Below are positions 1 through 8,008 of a stretch of DNA of 20,261 nucleotides, piece by piece. The stretch is from Candidatus Komeilibacteria bacterium CG_4_10_14_0_2_um_filter_37_10. GTDB taxonomy: Bacteria; Patescibacteriota; Patescibacteriia; UBA1558. Location of the stretch: NCBI GenBank assembly GCA_002793075.1, contig PFPO01000049.1, forward strand, positions 1-20,261. Reading direction: 5' to 3'. Position 1 is the stretch's first letter, and each line of letters starts with the position of its first letter. A program made the position numbers and the translations under genes. Under the pieces are notes generated by a model. It did not search any database, was not told the DNA's origin, and saw only the letters and a program-made list of their open reading frames with translations.

Positions 1-95
1 GCTGCTTGGCAGCCTTAGAAGGAATTCTCGTGCGGGGTTTCCTGAGCAATTAAAAAAGAAGGTTATCCATTATGGACAACCTTCTTGTTAGATGA

Positions 96-629
96 TTAAT
101 TAACTTGATACTCTTCAAAAATCACATGTCCGTTTTCTTTTTTTGCCATGAATAAACGGATTTTCTTTTTAATGGAGTTTAGATTCAACAATGTTTTGGC
201 TACTTGTTGTAAATCCATCAATTGTGACTTAGTGAGCACTTCTATCAGTGATTGTAAAATGCCACTGGCTTTTTTCTTAATCGCGCGATAGCCAGAGCAA
301 TCCTCATGGTTGATCAATACCAATGTTTCAATGGTATTAAATCTTTCCAGGAGATACTCAATTTGCTCTTTCGTGATCTTGAAATGCTTGGGCAAAGCTG
401 TAACTTCGGATAACGAAGCAATGGAACCAGGGATTACTATAGTAACATATTCACCGGGTGCATAACCGAGGCAACCCTGTTCACAAGAACCTTCAATAAA
501 CATTTGAAAGGCTTTTTGAAAACGCGGATCACTACAATGAATGCAAATGGCTCGCGGTGAAGCTGTTAAATCCAAAGGAAATACTATCTGATCTTTTTGA
601 TCTTTCAGCTCACTTTGAATCTCACTCAT
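96..629 (-). CDS. hypothetical protein carrying beta-class carbonic-anhydrase-like zinc-ligand motifs (C-S-D-P-R ... H-E-D-C-S-G); likely last gene of the nfeD-flotillin transcription unit
   Basis: 177-aa ORF; its start overlaps the flotillin stop by 4 nt (626-629), which suggests translational coupling. Cys32-x-Asp34-x-Arg36 and His108-x2-Cys111-x-Gly resemble the CxDxR / HxxCG signature of beta-carbonic anhydrases, but spacing and total length are atypical. Confidence 0.45.
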   Translation of the reverse strand: MSEIQSELKDQKDQIVFPLDLTASPRAICIHCSDPRFQKAFQMFIEGSCEQGCLGYAPGEYVTIVIPGSIASLSEVTALPKHFKITKEQIEYLLERFNTIETLVLINHEDCSGYRAIKKKASGILQSLIEVLTKSQLMDLQQVAKTLLNLNSIKKKIRLFMAKKENGHVIFEEYQVN

Positions 630-2263
630 GACTTCTCCGCTGGTTGATCGTCGGGCACAGATGTCTTACCAATTAATTTACTGGTAGCTTCTGCATCCAA
701 TCCGATTTTGCTTAACAATGTTGAAAAATCAAGACCCATGGATTTTGCCACGGTGATAAATTTCAACAACATCCCGGGAACTAAATTGGTTAATTGATCA
801 ACTCCCTTACCATTACCGCCAACATCGACGATATTGAGGGAGTCAATATTACCCAGAGGAGCTGCGATAGCCGATAGTGCTTCTTTCATTATTTTAGCTA
901 TGGCATCACCACCGGTTTCAAATAAATGCGGGGCGCGATCCAGTATCATCATTAACTGCGACTTATCGTCCAGCGCTTTCAATGCCTCGGCTAATTTCTG
1001 AGTTGCTTCAGCGTCGGCTTTTTTACCCTCGGCTGCGGCAAGAAGTCTAGCTTTCTCACCTTCGGCTTCAGCTAATAATTTAGCTTTCTCACCTGCGGCT
1101 TGAGCGGTTAGGGTAGCTAGCTTGCGCGAGGCTTCACCTTCACCGATGTTTATTTCTGATTCGCGCTTAGCTAACGCGTCGATTTTTAGAGCTTGCGCTG
1201 CGCCTTCGGCTTCAATCGTTCTCTTGGCTTTCTCACCTTCGGCAACAATTGATACTCGTTGTTTTTCAGCTTCGGCTTCTTTAATAACAGTTGCACCCAG
1301 CTGCTTTTCCATACGAATCGCCTCTTTCTCCTGAACATGTATCTGTGCTTCTTTTTCTGCAGCATCACGTTCAGCTTGTTTAACGCGGAGTGTTTTTTCC
1401 TGCTCAGCGCTAGCGATACCAAAAGCATTTTCTGCCTTTGCTCTTTCAGTATCGGATTGGACTTTGTATTGAGCTTTTTTGATCTCTTTATTGGCGTCAG
1501 CTTCCGCTATCATAGCAGCGTTTTGCGACTGAACAATAGAAGCTTCCTTCTGGGCATCACTTACTTTAATCTGCTGATCACGAGTAGCTTCCGCTACTTT
1601 GATCTCAGCGTCTCTCTTAGCTTCGGCAACCGCCTGTTTACCCAGGGCATCGATGTAACCCTCGTCGTCCTTAACATCTTGAACAACCAAAGTAAGAATC
1701 TGAATACCCAACCGTTTTAATTCTTCCGATGATTCCGCTACCGTTTTTTTGTTGAATTCATCACGTTTACGCAATAATTCATCAATAGAAGAATTACCGA
1801 CAATAGAACGGAGATGTCCCATCATGATATTTTTAACAACAGCTGCGACTTCTGCTGCTGATTTATTGAGAAAATTGGAAGCAGCATTGATCAGATCTTC
1901 TTCGGCAGTAGAGATTTTACAGGTGGCAACGCCACGAATAGTCATCTTAACGTTATCCTTGTTGGGGATAGCGTTCTCTTCAATATTTATCTGAAATACC
2001 GAAGTAGGAAATTCTTTGTAGCTTTCTACGAAGGGAATCAGTACTTTCCCACCGGATAATAATACTTTGAAACCGCGATGCTGTATTTGACCATCAGCAC
2101 CCTTATATGGATAGCTACGACCATAGAAAATACCAGCAAAATCTGGTGGAATTTTCTTGTACCTTGAAGCTATGACACGGAGTGTGGCTAAAAAAGCCAC
2201 AACAATTAAAAGTATTAAAACCGGAACAATCCAATTAGCAAGAGCACCTGATATAGCGTTCAT
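626..2263 (-). CDS. floT: flotillin-like SPFH/band-7 membrane-microdomain protein (FloT/YuaG-like)
   Basis: 545-aa ORF with an N-terminal TM segment and an SPFH-like region. It continues into a long Ala/Glu/Lys-rich coiled-coil with EA-type repeats (AEAEGEKAKLLAEAEGEKARLLAAAEGKKA), as in bacterial flotillins. It lies immediately downstream of an NfeD-like gene, the classic yuaF-floT arrangement. Confidence 0.85.
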   Translation of the reverse strand: MNAISGALANWIVPVLILLIVVAFLATLRVIASRYKKIPPDFAGIFYGRSYPYKGADGQIQHRGFKVLLSGGKVLIPFVESYKEFPTSVFQINIEENAIPNKDNVKMTIRGVATCKISTAEEDLINAASNFLNKSAAEVAAVVKNIMMGHLRSIVGNSSIDELLRKRDEFNKKTVAESSEELKRLGIQILTLVVQDVKDDEGYIDALGKQAVAEAKRDAEIKVAEATRDQQIKVSDAQKEASIVQSQNAAMIAEADANKEIKKAQYKVQSDTERAKAENAFGIASAEQEKTLRVKQAERDAAEKEAQIHVQEKEAIRMEKQLGATVIKEAEAEKQRVSIVAEGEKAKRTIEAEGAAQALKIDALAKRESEINIGEGEASRKLATLTAQAAGEKAKLLAEAEGEKARLLAAAEGKKADAEATQKLAEALKALDDKSQLMMILDRAPHLFETGGDAIAKIMKEALSAIAAPLGNIDSLNIVDVGGNGKGVDQLTNLVPGMLLKFITVAKSMGLDFSTLLSKIGLDAEATSKLIGKTSVPDDQPAEKS

Positions 2264-2297
2264 AAACAGATCCTTTTTTTGATGAGTGAAATATTAT

Positions 2298-2831
2298 TTA
2301 TTGAACAAAAACTGACGAACCAGAGGTTGATACTATTTTAACCTCAGAGCCTTTGGCAATTGGCTTATTATTAATGGACCTGGCAATATAATTCATATAA
2401 CCATTGTCCATATCTACACCGACTTCACCGGGTGCATTAGTATCTATTCCAATTGTAACTATAGCCGTACGGCCAATAGCTGTTGATGTTTTAATATTAC
2501 TGGAAGCTTGTTGCTTATAAATTAATACTAGCAAGCCCCACATAATCAAACCAACAAGAATTCCGGAACCAACACCCCCAAGAGCGCATACTGGATAGCT
2601 ATAATCATAAAATCTGAAAGTGCCGCCGGCACCGCCAAAAACCATGATAAAAGTAGCAATAACTTTACCGGAAAAAATCGATACCGTTGCTTCGTTACCG
2701 GAATGATCATCACCATCGTGATCGTGATCTTGATCAAATGAATGATCATCACCATCGTGATCGTGTCCAAAAATAAATGCGGCCATTAGGTAAAGAAAGC
2801 CTGCCAGCCCTAAAGAAAAAAAGATGTACAT
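2298..2831 (-). CDS. nfeD: NfeD-like (YuaF-like) membrane protein, flotillin partner, with a duplicated His/Asp-rich insert
   Basis: 177-aa ORF with a hydrophobic N-terminus, two further TM segments, and a soluble beta-rich C-terminal domain typical of the NfeD OB-fold. Size matches B. subtilis YuaF. Its position directly upstream of the flotillin gene on the same strand fits an operon. RBS GGAG sits 7 nt before the ATG. Confidence 0.75.
   Translation of the reverse strand: MYIFFSLGLAGFLYLMAAFIFGHDHDGDDHSFDQDHDHDGDDHSGNEATVSIFSGKVIATFIMVFGGAGGTFRFYDYSYPVCALGGVGSGILVGLIMWGLLVLIYKQQASSNIKTSTAIGRTAIVTIGIDTNAPGEVGVDMDNGYMNYIARSINNKPIAKGSEVKIVSTSGSSVFVQ
2702..2765 (-). repeat. 25-bp perfect direct repeat (aatgatcatcaccatcgtgatcgtg) x2 separated by 14 bp inside nfeD, encoding a duplicated HDHDGDDHS motif
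   Basis: Copies at 2702-2726 and 2741-2765 are identical in sequence. Their translation in the NfeD frame gives GHDHDGDDHSFDQDHDHDGDDHS. Confidence 0.85.
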
Positions 2832-2996
2832 TTGAGCTCCTATGATTTGTTATTGTAAGTTGTCAATTAACGTTAGTGTATATAATACACAACGTAGTAG
2901 CTTAGCAAGAAAACTTAAATTTGTCAAATATTTTCAAATAAATTAATAAAAAACAGCCCTTTTAGCTGCTTTTCTAATAGTATCAACAAATAAACT

Positions 2997-3605
2997 CTAC
3001 TTTTTTCGAAAAACTCTGCTGATATGCCAAGCAATACCAATAATAATCAAAACTATTATCCCGACGTTGAATTTATCCCACCAGGGCCCGAGTTGATTCC
3101 AATTATTTCCCAAAACCACTCCTAAAAAAACCAAAATATAGCACCAAATTAATGAGCCAATAAATCCAGAGATAGTAAACTTCCAAAAATGACCACGGGA
3201 AATACCCACAACAATAGATATATAAGTACGCACAACTGGTAACATCCGTGAGACAAAATAAATTGCATTACCGTGTTTTTCTAATAAATGATCTACCAAC
3301 TCAATATCACGATTAGATATTAATAGCCACTTACCATGCTTCATGAGAAATGGTCGACCTAATATATAGCCAAGATAATAAGAAATGATACCGCCAATAA
3401 CACAGCCAAAGGCACCAACTATCGCGGCTAGATGATAGTTCATTTGCCCGTGACTAGCTAAGAAACCAGCATAGGGCAATATTACTTCCGATGGAATGGG
3501 AATATTAGCGGACTCTAAAGTCATCAAAAACAACACGCCGAAATAATGCCAACTATTAATAATATCGGTAACAATGCTTGTAACAAAATGAATGATTTCC
3601 GTCAT
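2997..3605 (-). CDS. DedA/TVP38/SNARE-associated family membrane protein
   Basis: 202-aa polytopic membrane ORF with DedA signatures: ESANIPIPSEVILPYAGFL (E..P.P.E...G) and RMLPVVRTYISIVVG (R..P..R....G). Confidence 0.8.
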   Translation of the reverse strand: MTEIIHFVTSIVTDIINSWHYFGVLFLMTLESANIPIPSEVILPYAGFLASHGQMNYHLAAIVGAFGCVIGGIISYYLGYILGRPFLMKHGKWLLISNRDIELVDHLLEKHGNAIYFVSRMLPVVRTYISIVVGISRGHFWKFTISGFIGSLIWCYILVFLGVVLGNNWNQLGPWWDKFNVGIIVLIIIGIAWHISRVFRKK

Positions 3606-3716
3606 AACTACTTACTATTGTAATACATATTCCATATTTAATAAAACTCGCTCGTTTTATCAGCTCGTGCTACCCATGTTGTTTTCAACTGAAGATGGGT
3701 TTGCATAAGTTCACTT

Positions 3717-4815
3717 ACATATTGGAATCATTAAGAGATCCAAATGTATGCAAATAGGGATTAAGTATTATAATTGCTCTGGATTTGGTAGATTATATGA
3801 ATATGCTCATAAGCAAATTCATATGATTACTAAAGAAGCTAAACAACGACTTAAAATTATCCTTTTCTGGCAGAACTGTGGTCTTAGGGCAACTATATCT
3901 GCCTTTGGGGCCAAACAGTCCATTCTCTACAAATGGCGTAAAGTATATAGAGATTCTGGTTGTCAGTTAGCAAGCCTTAATCCTGGCAGTCAGGTCAGAA
4001 AAACAACCAACAAACGAGAAGTTAACCTAGATATTCTCGGCGAGATGAAACGATTAAGATTAGCAGTATGTCCTAATATGGGTAAGGCTAAGATCAAGAA
4101 GTTTCTCGACCCATTCTGTTGTTTAAATAACCTACCCATCTATTCAGAGTCCAAGATAGGTAGAATAATTAAGGAAAAGAAGATTTATCATCATCGACAG
4201 AGGGTCTATCATAATGGAACAATTAAAATCATTAAGAAACAAAAGAAACTAAGAAAACCAAAGGAATTAGTGGTTAATAGCCCAGGTGATTTAATAGAGA
4301 TAGATACTGTTGTTAGGTTTGTCTCTGGTCTAAAAAGATATATTATTACAGCAGTGGATACCTTTGGTCGCCCAGCCTTTGCCTATACTTACAATCGAGC
4401 AGGTGGTGCCAACGCTCGAGACTTCTTCAAAAAGCTAGAAGAAGTGATGCCCTTTAAGATTAAATCAGTGCAAACAGACAATGGTAGTGAGTTCCATCTT
4501 TATTTTAGAAAGTATTTGCAGGAACGAAATATTACTCATTACTATAACTATCCTGACCGATCATATCGTAACGGACACATAGAAAGGTTTAACCGAACAA
4601 TTCAAGAAGAGTTTGTTGATCAGAGTGAATTTCTACTGATCGACCTAAATGTATTTAACTCAAGATTAATAGACTATTTACTATGGTACAATACTAAAAG
4701 ACCACATTGGAGTCTTAATCTAGAATCACCTGTGGATTATTTAATTAAAAATAACTTTATTTCCAATATGTGCTGGACTAATACAGGTTTATCTTTTAAC
4801 TACCTTAAGATATAA
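3717..4815 (+). mobile_element. putative IS element (IS481-like, single DDE transposase ORF); ends uncertain
   Basis: It contains a single HTH + rve-integrase-core transposase ORF. An 11-bp inverted match, ACATATTGGAA at 3717-3727 and its reverse complement TTCCAATATGT at 4761-4771, is a candidate terminal inverted repeat. No clear target-site duplication was seen. Confidence 0.4.
3748..4815 (+). CDS. DDE transposase (rve / retroviral-integrase-core type, IS481-family-like); true start may be the internal Met at 3823
   Basis: 355-aa ORF. The N-terminal basic HTH-like region reads KQRLKIILFWQNCGLRATISAFGAKQSILYKWRKVY. The catalytic core carries D (IEIDTV), D (QTDNGSEF) and E (NGHIERFNRTIQEEF), the DD(35)E pattern with the conserved TDNGSEF and ERFNRT blocks. 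Confidence 0.8.
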   Translation: MQIGIKYYNCSGFGRLYEYAHKQIHMITKEAKQRLKIILFWQNCGLRATISAFGAKQSILYKWRKVYRDSGCQLASLNPGSQVRKTTNKREVNLDILGEMKRLRLAVCPNMGKAKIKKFLDPFCCLNNLPIYSESKIGRIIKEKKIYHHRQRVYHNGTIKIIKKQKKLRKPKELVVNSPGDLIEIDTVVRFVSGLKRYIITAVDTFGRPAFAYTYNRAGGANARDFFKKLEEVMPFKIKSVQTDNGSEFHLYFRKYLQERNITHYYNYPDRSYRNGHIERFNRTIQEEFVDQSEFLLIDLNVFNSRLIDYLLWYNTKRPHWSLNLESPVDYLIKNNFISNMCWTNTGLSFNYLKI

Positions 4816-4839
4816 TATAGTAGTTATTAATTATATCTC

Positions 4840-6035
4840 ATGAACAAAAAGAACCAATTAAAAAAAATAGTAATCTTTATTCTACTGTCTTGTGCACTTA
4901 AATTCTTTTTTACCGATCAAATCATCGAGCAAGAGTACAATTCTTTGGTCAAGCTCGGGGCCATCATTATAGTATTTGTTATTGGTATTGGTTTTGTCTT
5001 CCAAAATACCACACATATTATTGAAGAGACGACTGATGTCTTAAAAGACCGAACAAAGTTGGCTGGGGGCTTTCTCCAAGCCTTTGGCACTGCCTTTCCT
5101 GATATGGTACTGGGTATTGTCGCGGCTTTCCTAAGTTTACAGCTTCGTGATCATGATTATTTACGCGCCATTAACCTGGCTATTATCGCTGCCTCCACTA
5201 CTTTTGGCTCTAATATTTATAATATAATTCATGCCACTTGGTGTGTTTATCGTCAAAATGTTGCCGATAAAAAAATCAGATCATTGCTATGTTTCCCGGC
5301 TTGCCGTTTGGTGGCAATTTAACACCCGTCAAGAAACATTCTGTGAAACCAAGCCCCCGAGAACTTGGTCGGGCCATTGATATTTTGACGGTCCTTACTG
5401 TTCTGACAGCAGCTGTGGCCCTGAGCATGGTACTTTTTGGTAGTGTTAGTAATAGACCAGAGATGATCCAGGGCGACCTGTATCAATTGATTAGACCGAT
5501 TGGTATTATTCTCTTTATCTTATGTATCGCCATCCTCTATATTTATCGTCGCGGCGAAAAAGCCGAATCACCAGTAAAAGAAATAGCCGAAGAAGAAAGA
5601 TATTACGCCACCCGATCTAACTTTCGCATCTGGCTGGACCTGGGTTTGGCTGGTATAGCTATTCTCTTTACTGCTGAAAGTATGGTTACCTCAATGGAAG
5701 TATTTTCTGAAATTACTGGCCTTCCTTTTGTCTTAACTGGTATCGCCGCCGGTCTCATTGGCTGTTTTGGCGAAATGATGGTAGTGCACAATTTCACGGT
5801 TCATCCCAAGGGAAGAATTGGTGATGCTATCATGGGTGTGGCCATGGATAATATTGTCACCACGTTAGGCGCTGCTATCGTCGCTATTATGGGTGGTATA
5901 TTTTTGGGAGGTAACTCTTTAATTTTAATCTTTATTATTATTTTGGCAGCTAATACTATTTTGATTCAGCAAATATCTAAGTTCAAAAACAACTTACTAG
6001 CTACCAAGGTAGCTAGTAAAAAAATTGCTGCTTAG
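4840..6035 (+). pseudogene. CaCA-like (Na+/Ca2+ exchanger superfamily-like) polytopic membrane transporter split into two overlapping ORFs (4840-5322 frame 1; 5289-6035 frame 3) by a frameshift at an A7 homopolymer
   Basis: Both ORFs are highly hydrophobic and each carries one alpha-repeat-like motif (GTAFPDMVLGIVAAF; GLIGCFGEMMVV). Frame 3 opens exactly at the TAA embedded in the A7 run at 5269-5275, so a +1 A there would fuse both parts into one ~400-aa protein. This could be a real pseudogene, a phase-variable tract or a homopolymer sequencing error. Confidence 0.45.
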
Positions 6036-6060
6036 TTTCTATTTATTCTCCTACTATTTA

Positions 6061-6087
6061 AAAACTCCTGAACCAGGAGTTTTTTTA
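6061..6087. terminator. bidirectional rho-independent terminator between convergent genes
   Basis: Perfect 10-bp stem aaaactcctg / caggagtttt (6061-6070 and 6074-6083), 3-nt loop aac, followed by a T-run on plus with a matching A-run on the other side. It lies between the CaCA-like stop (6035) and the flavodoxin stop (6088). Confidence 0.7.
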
Positions 6088-6579
6088 TTATTCCGATAAT
6101 TTATTTACTAACATCGTCGCCCACTGTGCTGCTCTTTTCTTCTCTGCTATCAAATCATGCTTTTGGGGTTCCAAAAAATCAATTTTACCAACAATGATAT
6201 TGTCTTTCAGCTGCTCCTTCATTTTATCTAGGGTATTTCTTTTGCCACCGCCATGACAACAAAATACTGCCACCTTCTTATTTTGTAATTTAACAAGCGA
6301 AAAAAATGTACTGAGCGGTGGGGCGAAAGTATAGGCCCAAACAGGTGTGCCAATAATAATAAAATCATAATCGCGGGGATCTATCAGCCAGTCTCGAAGC
6401 TCTGGCTTCACTCCCATCACCACTTGTCTACCACCCCAAAAATATTTCATCAAACCAGTAGCCTTTATTTCCTCCTGAGGTTTCAAAACTAAAATATCAG
6501 CGCCAATAGCATCGGCCATCGCCTCAGCCATTGCTTGAACATTGCCGGACAAAGAATAATAAACAATTAATTTTTTCAT
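6088..6579 (-). CDS. flavodoxin-like fold protein (flavodoxin / NAD(P)H-dependent FMN reductase family)
   Basis: 163-aa ORF starting MKKLIVYYSLSGNVQAMAEAMADAIGADI, the typical flavodoxin FMN-phosphate-binding loop (S/T-x-S/T-G-N). The central IIIGTPVWAYTFAPP and the CCHGGG segment are consistent with flavodoxin_2/WrbA-like proteins. Confidence 0.65.
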   Translation of the reverse strand: MKKLIVYYSLSGNVQAMAEAMADAIGADILVLKPQEEIKATGLMKYFWGGRQVVMGVKPELRDWLIDPRDYDFIIIGTPVWAYTFAPPLSTFFSLVKLQNKKVAVFCCHGGGKRNTLDKMKEQLKDNIIVGKIDFLEPQKHDLIAEKKRAAQWATMLVNKLSE

Positions 6580-6686
6580 GATGTTATTATAGCAACAGTG
6601 AGGGTAAAAGTTAAGATTATTATTCTTTACTGCGTCTTTTATCTAATTAGTATATAATATCAATTAGTTTTAATAGCAATAAATCC

Positions 6687-7985
6687 ATGTCTTTAATCAA
6701 TGAAATAATTAATTTACCAGCTCCCCTCTTAAGTCATTGGGGGTACTTAGTTATTCTCTTTGCCGCTCTACTGGAAACAGCACCACTCTTTGGCCTGCTG
6801 ATACCCGGACAGTTAATAGTCATTCTGGGTGGATTATTAGTGAAATTAAAAATTTTAGAAATTGGTGATGTGATCTTTATTTCCGCATTCGGCGCTATTG
6901 CGGGCGACTATTTTGGCTATCTAATAGGCAAAAAATATGGTTACGCCTTTATTACTAAATTTGGTAAATATTTTTTCCTCAAAGAAGAGCGGTTTAAAAA
7001 AATTCAGCCCTTAGTTAATCAAAATCTTGGTCAAGCTTTAATTATTGGCCGTTTCAATTCTCTGACTAGAGCTTTTGCTCCTTTTGTGGCCGGTGCTAGT
7101 AAAATACCCTTAATTAAATTTCTAATCTACAATATCGTTGGTGGACTTAGTTGGTCAATCGTTTTCGTAATGATCGGCTATCTATTTGGTGCAAGTTATG
7201 AAGTCCTGGCACCGCATCTTGGTCGCTATATATTTTTGGCCACACTTATCAGTGCTGTATTGATCTATCTTTATAAATATATCAACCGTAAAAAAAGTAT
7301 TTTTTATCGCTATCACCTATACGCCCTACTGACTAGCATTGGTTCTCTTTATCTTTTTGCAAAATTGATCGAGGATGTCATTGATCAAGAATTAGTTACT
7401 CATTGGGACGTTTGGATTAATCAAAACGTTATTCATCTTTGGCAACCGACATTAAATAAAATAATGATTTTCATTACTAACATTAGTAGTCCCACCGTTA
7501 TGATCATTCTCGCCGCAGGCTTACTGCTATCCCTACTGTATAGAAAAAGGATTTACTACTCGTTACTTTTACTCTTTGGTATGGCTGGTGGTCTAGTACT
7601 AGAAATACTCACCAAGCTTATCGTTCAAAGGGCTAGACCGATTAATGGTTTATTGACAATTTCTTCCTACAGCTTTCCTAGTGGCCACGCTACCATGGCT
7701 CTGCTTTTCTTTTCTTTGGTAATTTATATTTTTCATAACGATTTTAACAATAAAATAATAAAAAACTTATTCATTGGTGTTAATGTTTTGTTAATCTTAC
7801 TAATTGGTTTTAGTAGAATTTATCTTAATGTCCACTGGCTTAGTGATGTTTTGGCGGGATTAGCTCTGGGGCTCTTTTGGCTGACTGTTTTAATATTAAT
7901 ATTCCGAGTCCTGATGTCACTAGCCAACACAACGCTGGAAACAATAAAGCATCTCCTTAAAAAAGCTAACCATTTGCCATCCTGA
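6687..7985 (+). CDS. DedA-family domain fused to a PAP2 (type-2 phosphatidic-acid/undecaprenyl-pyrophosphate phosphatase) domain
   Basis: 432-aa membrane ORF. The N-terminal half carries DedA motifs: ETAPLFGLLIPGQLIVILGG and GRFNSLTRAFAPFVAG. The C-terminal half carries the three PAP2 catalytic motifs: KLIVQRARP (KxxxxxxRP), SFPSGHAT (PSGH) and SRIYLNVHWLSDV (SRxxxxxHxxxD). Confidence 0.8.
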   Translation: MSLINEIINLPAPLLSHWGYLVILFAALLETAPLFGLLIPGQLIVILGGLLVKLKILEIGDVIFISAFGAIAGDYFGYLIGKKYGYAFITKFGKYFFLKEERFKKIQPLVNQNLGQALIIGRFNSLTRAFAPFVAGASKIPLIKFLIYNIVGGLSWSIVFVMIGYLFGASYEVLAPHLGRYIFLATLISAVLIYLYKYINRKKSIFYRYHLYALLTSIGSLYLFAKLIEDVIDQELVTHWDVWINQNVIHLWQPTLNKIMIFITNISSPTVMIILAAGLLLSLLYRKRIYYSLLLLFGMAGGLVLEILTKLIVQRARPINGLLTISSYSFPSGHATMALLFFSLVIYIFHNDFNNKIIKNLFIGVNVLLILLIGFSRIYLNVHWLSDVLAGLALGLFWLTVLILIFRVLMSLANTTLETIKHLLKKANHLPS

Positions 7986-8002
7986 TAATTCATCTATATA
8001 AT
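7974..8002 (+). promoter_or_regulatory. sigma70-type promoter for the valS leader (-35 TTGCCA, 17-bp spacer, -10 TATAAT)
   Basis: TTGCCA at 7974-7979 and TATAAT at 7997-8002 with exactly 17 bp between them. It overlaps the 3' end of the upstream DedA-PAP2 gene. Predicted TSS is near 8009. Confidence 0.55.
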
Positions 8003-8008
8003 ACTCTT

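Noticed and set aside
1-95. Possible 3' end of a plus-strand gene ending at the TAA near position 49-51
   Set aside because: This is only a ~16-codon fragment at the window edge, with no recognisable motif, so it cannot be supported.
1122-1994. ORFs 1122-1334(+), 1186-1428(-), 1259-1720(+), 1749-1994(+) overlapping the flotillin gene
   Set aside because: They are shadow or antisense frames of the low-complexity Ala/Glu/Lys repeat region. Their translations are compositionally biased nonsense (Phe/Ser/Leu-rich), and they lie fully inside a well-supported 545-aa gene.
2702-2765. Possibility that the short direct repeats are a degenerate CRISPR array
   Set aside because: There are only two copies, the spacing is 14 bp, and they lie inside a coding frame with a sensible translation (His/Asp motif). 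No cas genes or further repeats are present.
2546-2770. 74-aa ORF on the minus strand in an alternative frame of nfeD
   Set aside because: Same-strand out-of-frame overlap generated by the HD-repeat region. It has no start context, and the NfeD frame is clearly the coding one.
2832-2996. Candidate promoter (TTGACA on the minus strand at 2922-2927, with a weak -10) and a weak hairpin plus T-run (2950-2980) between dedA and nfeD
   Set aside because: The -10 element is poor, and the hairpin stem is only ~4-5 bp. This is plausible but not well enough supported to call as a feature.
5603-5797. 64-aa antisense ORF inside the CaCA-like transporter
   Set aside because: It is embedded in, and antisense to, a hydrophobic membrane-protein coding region. 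No signals.
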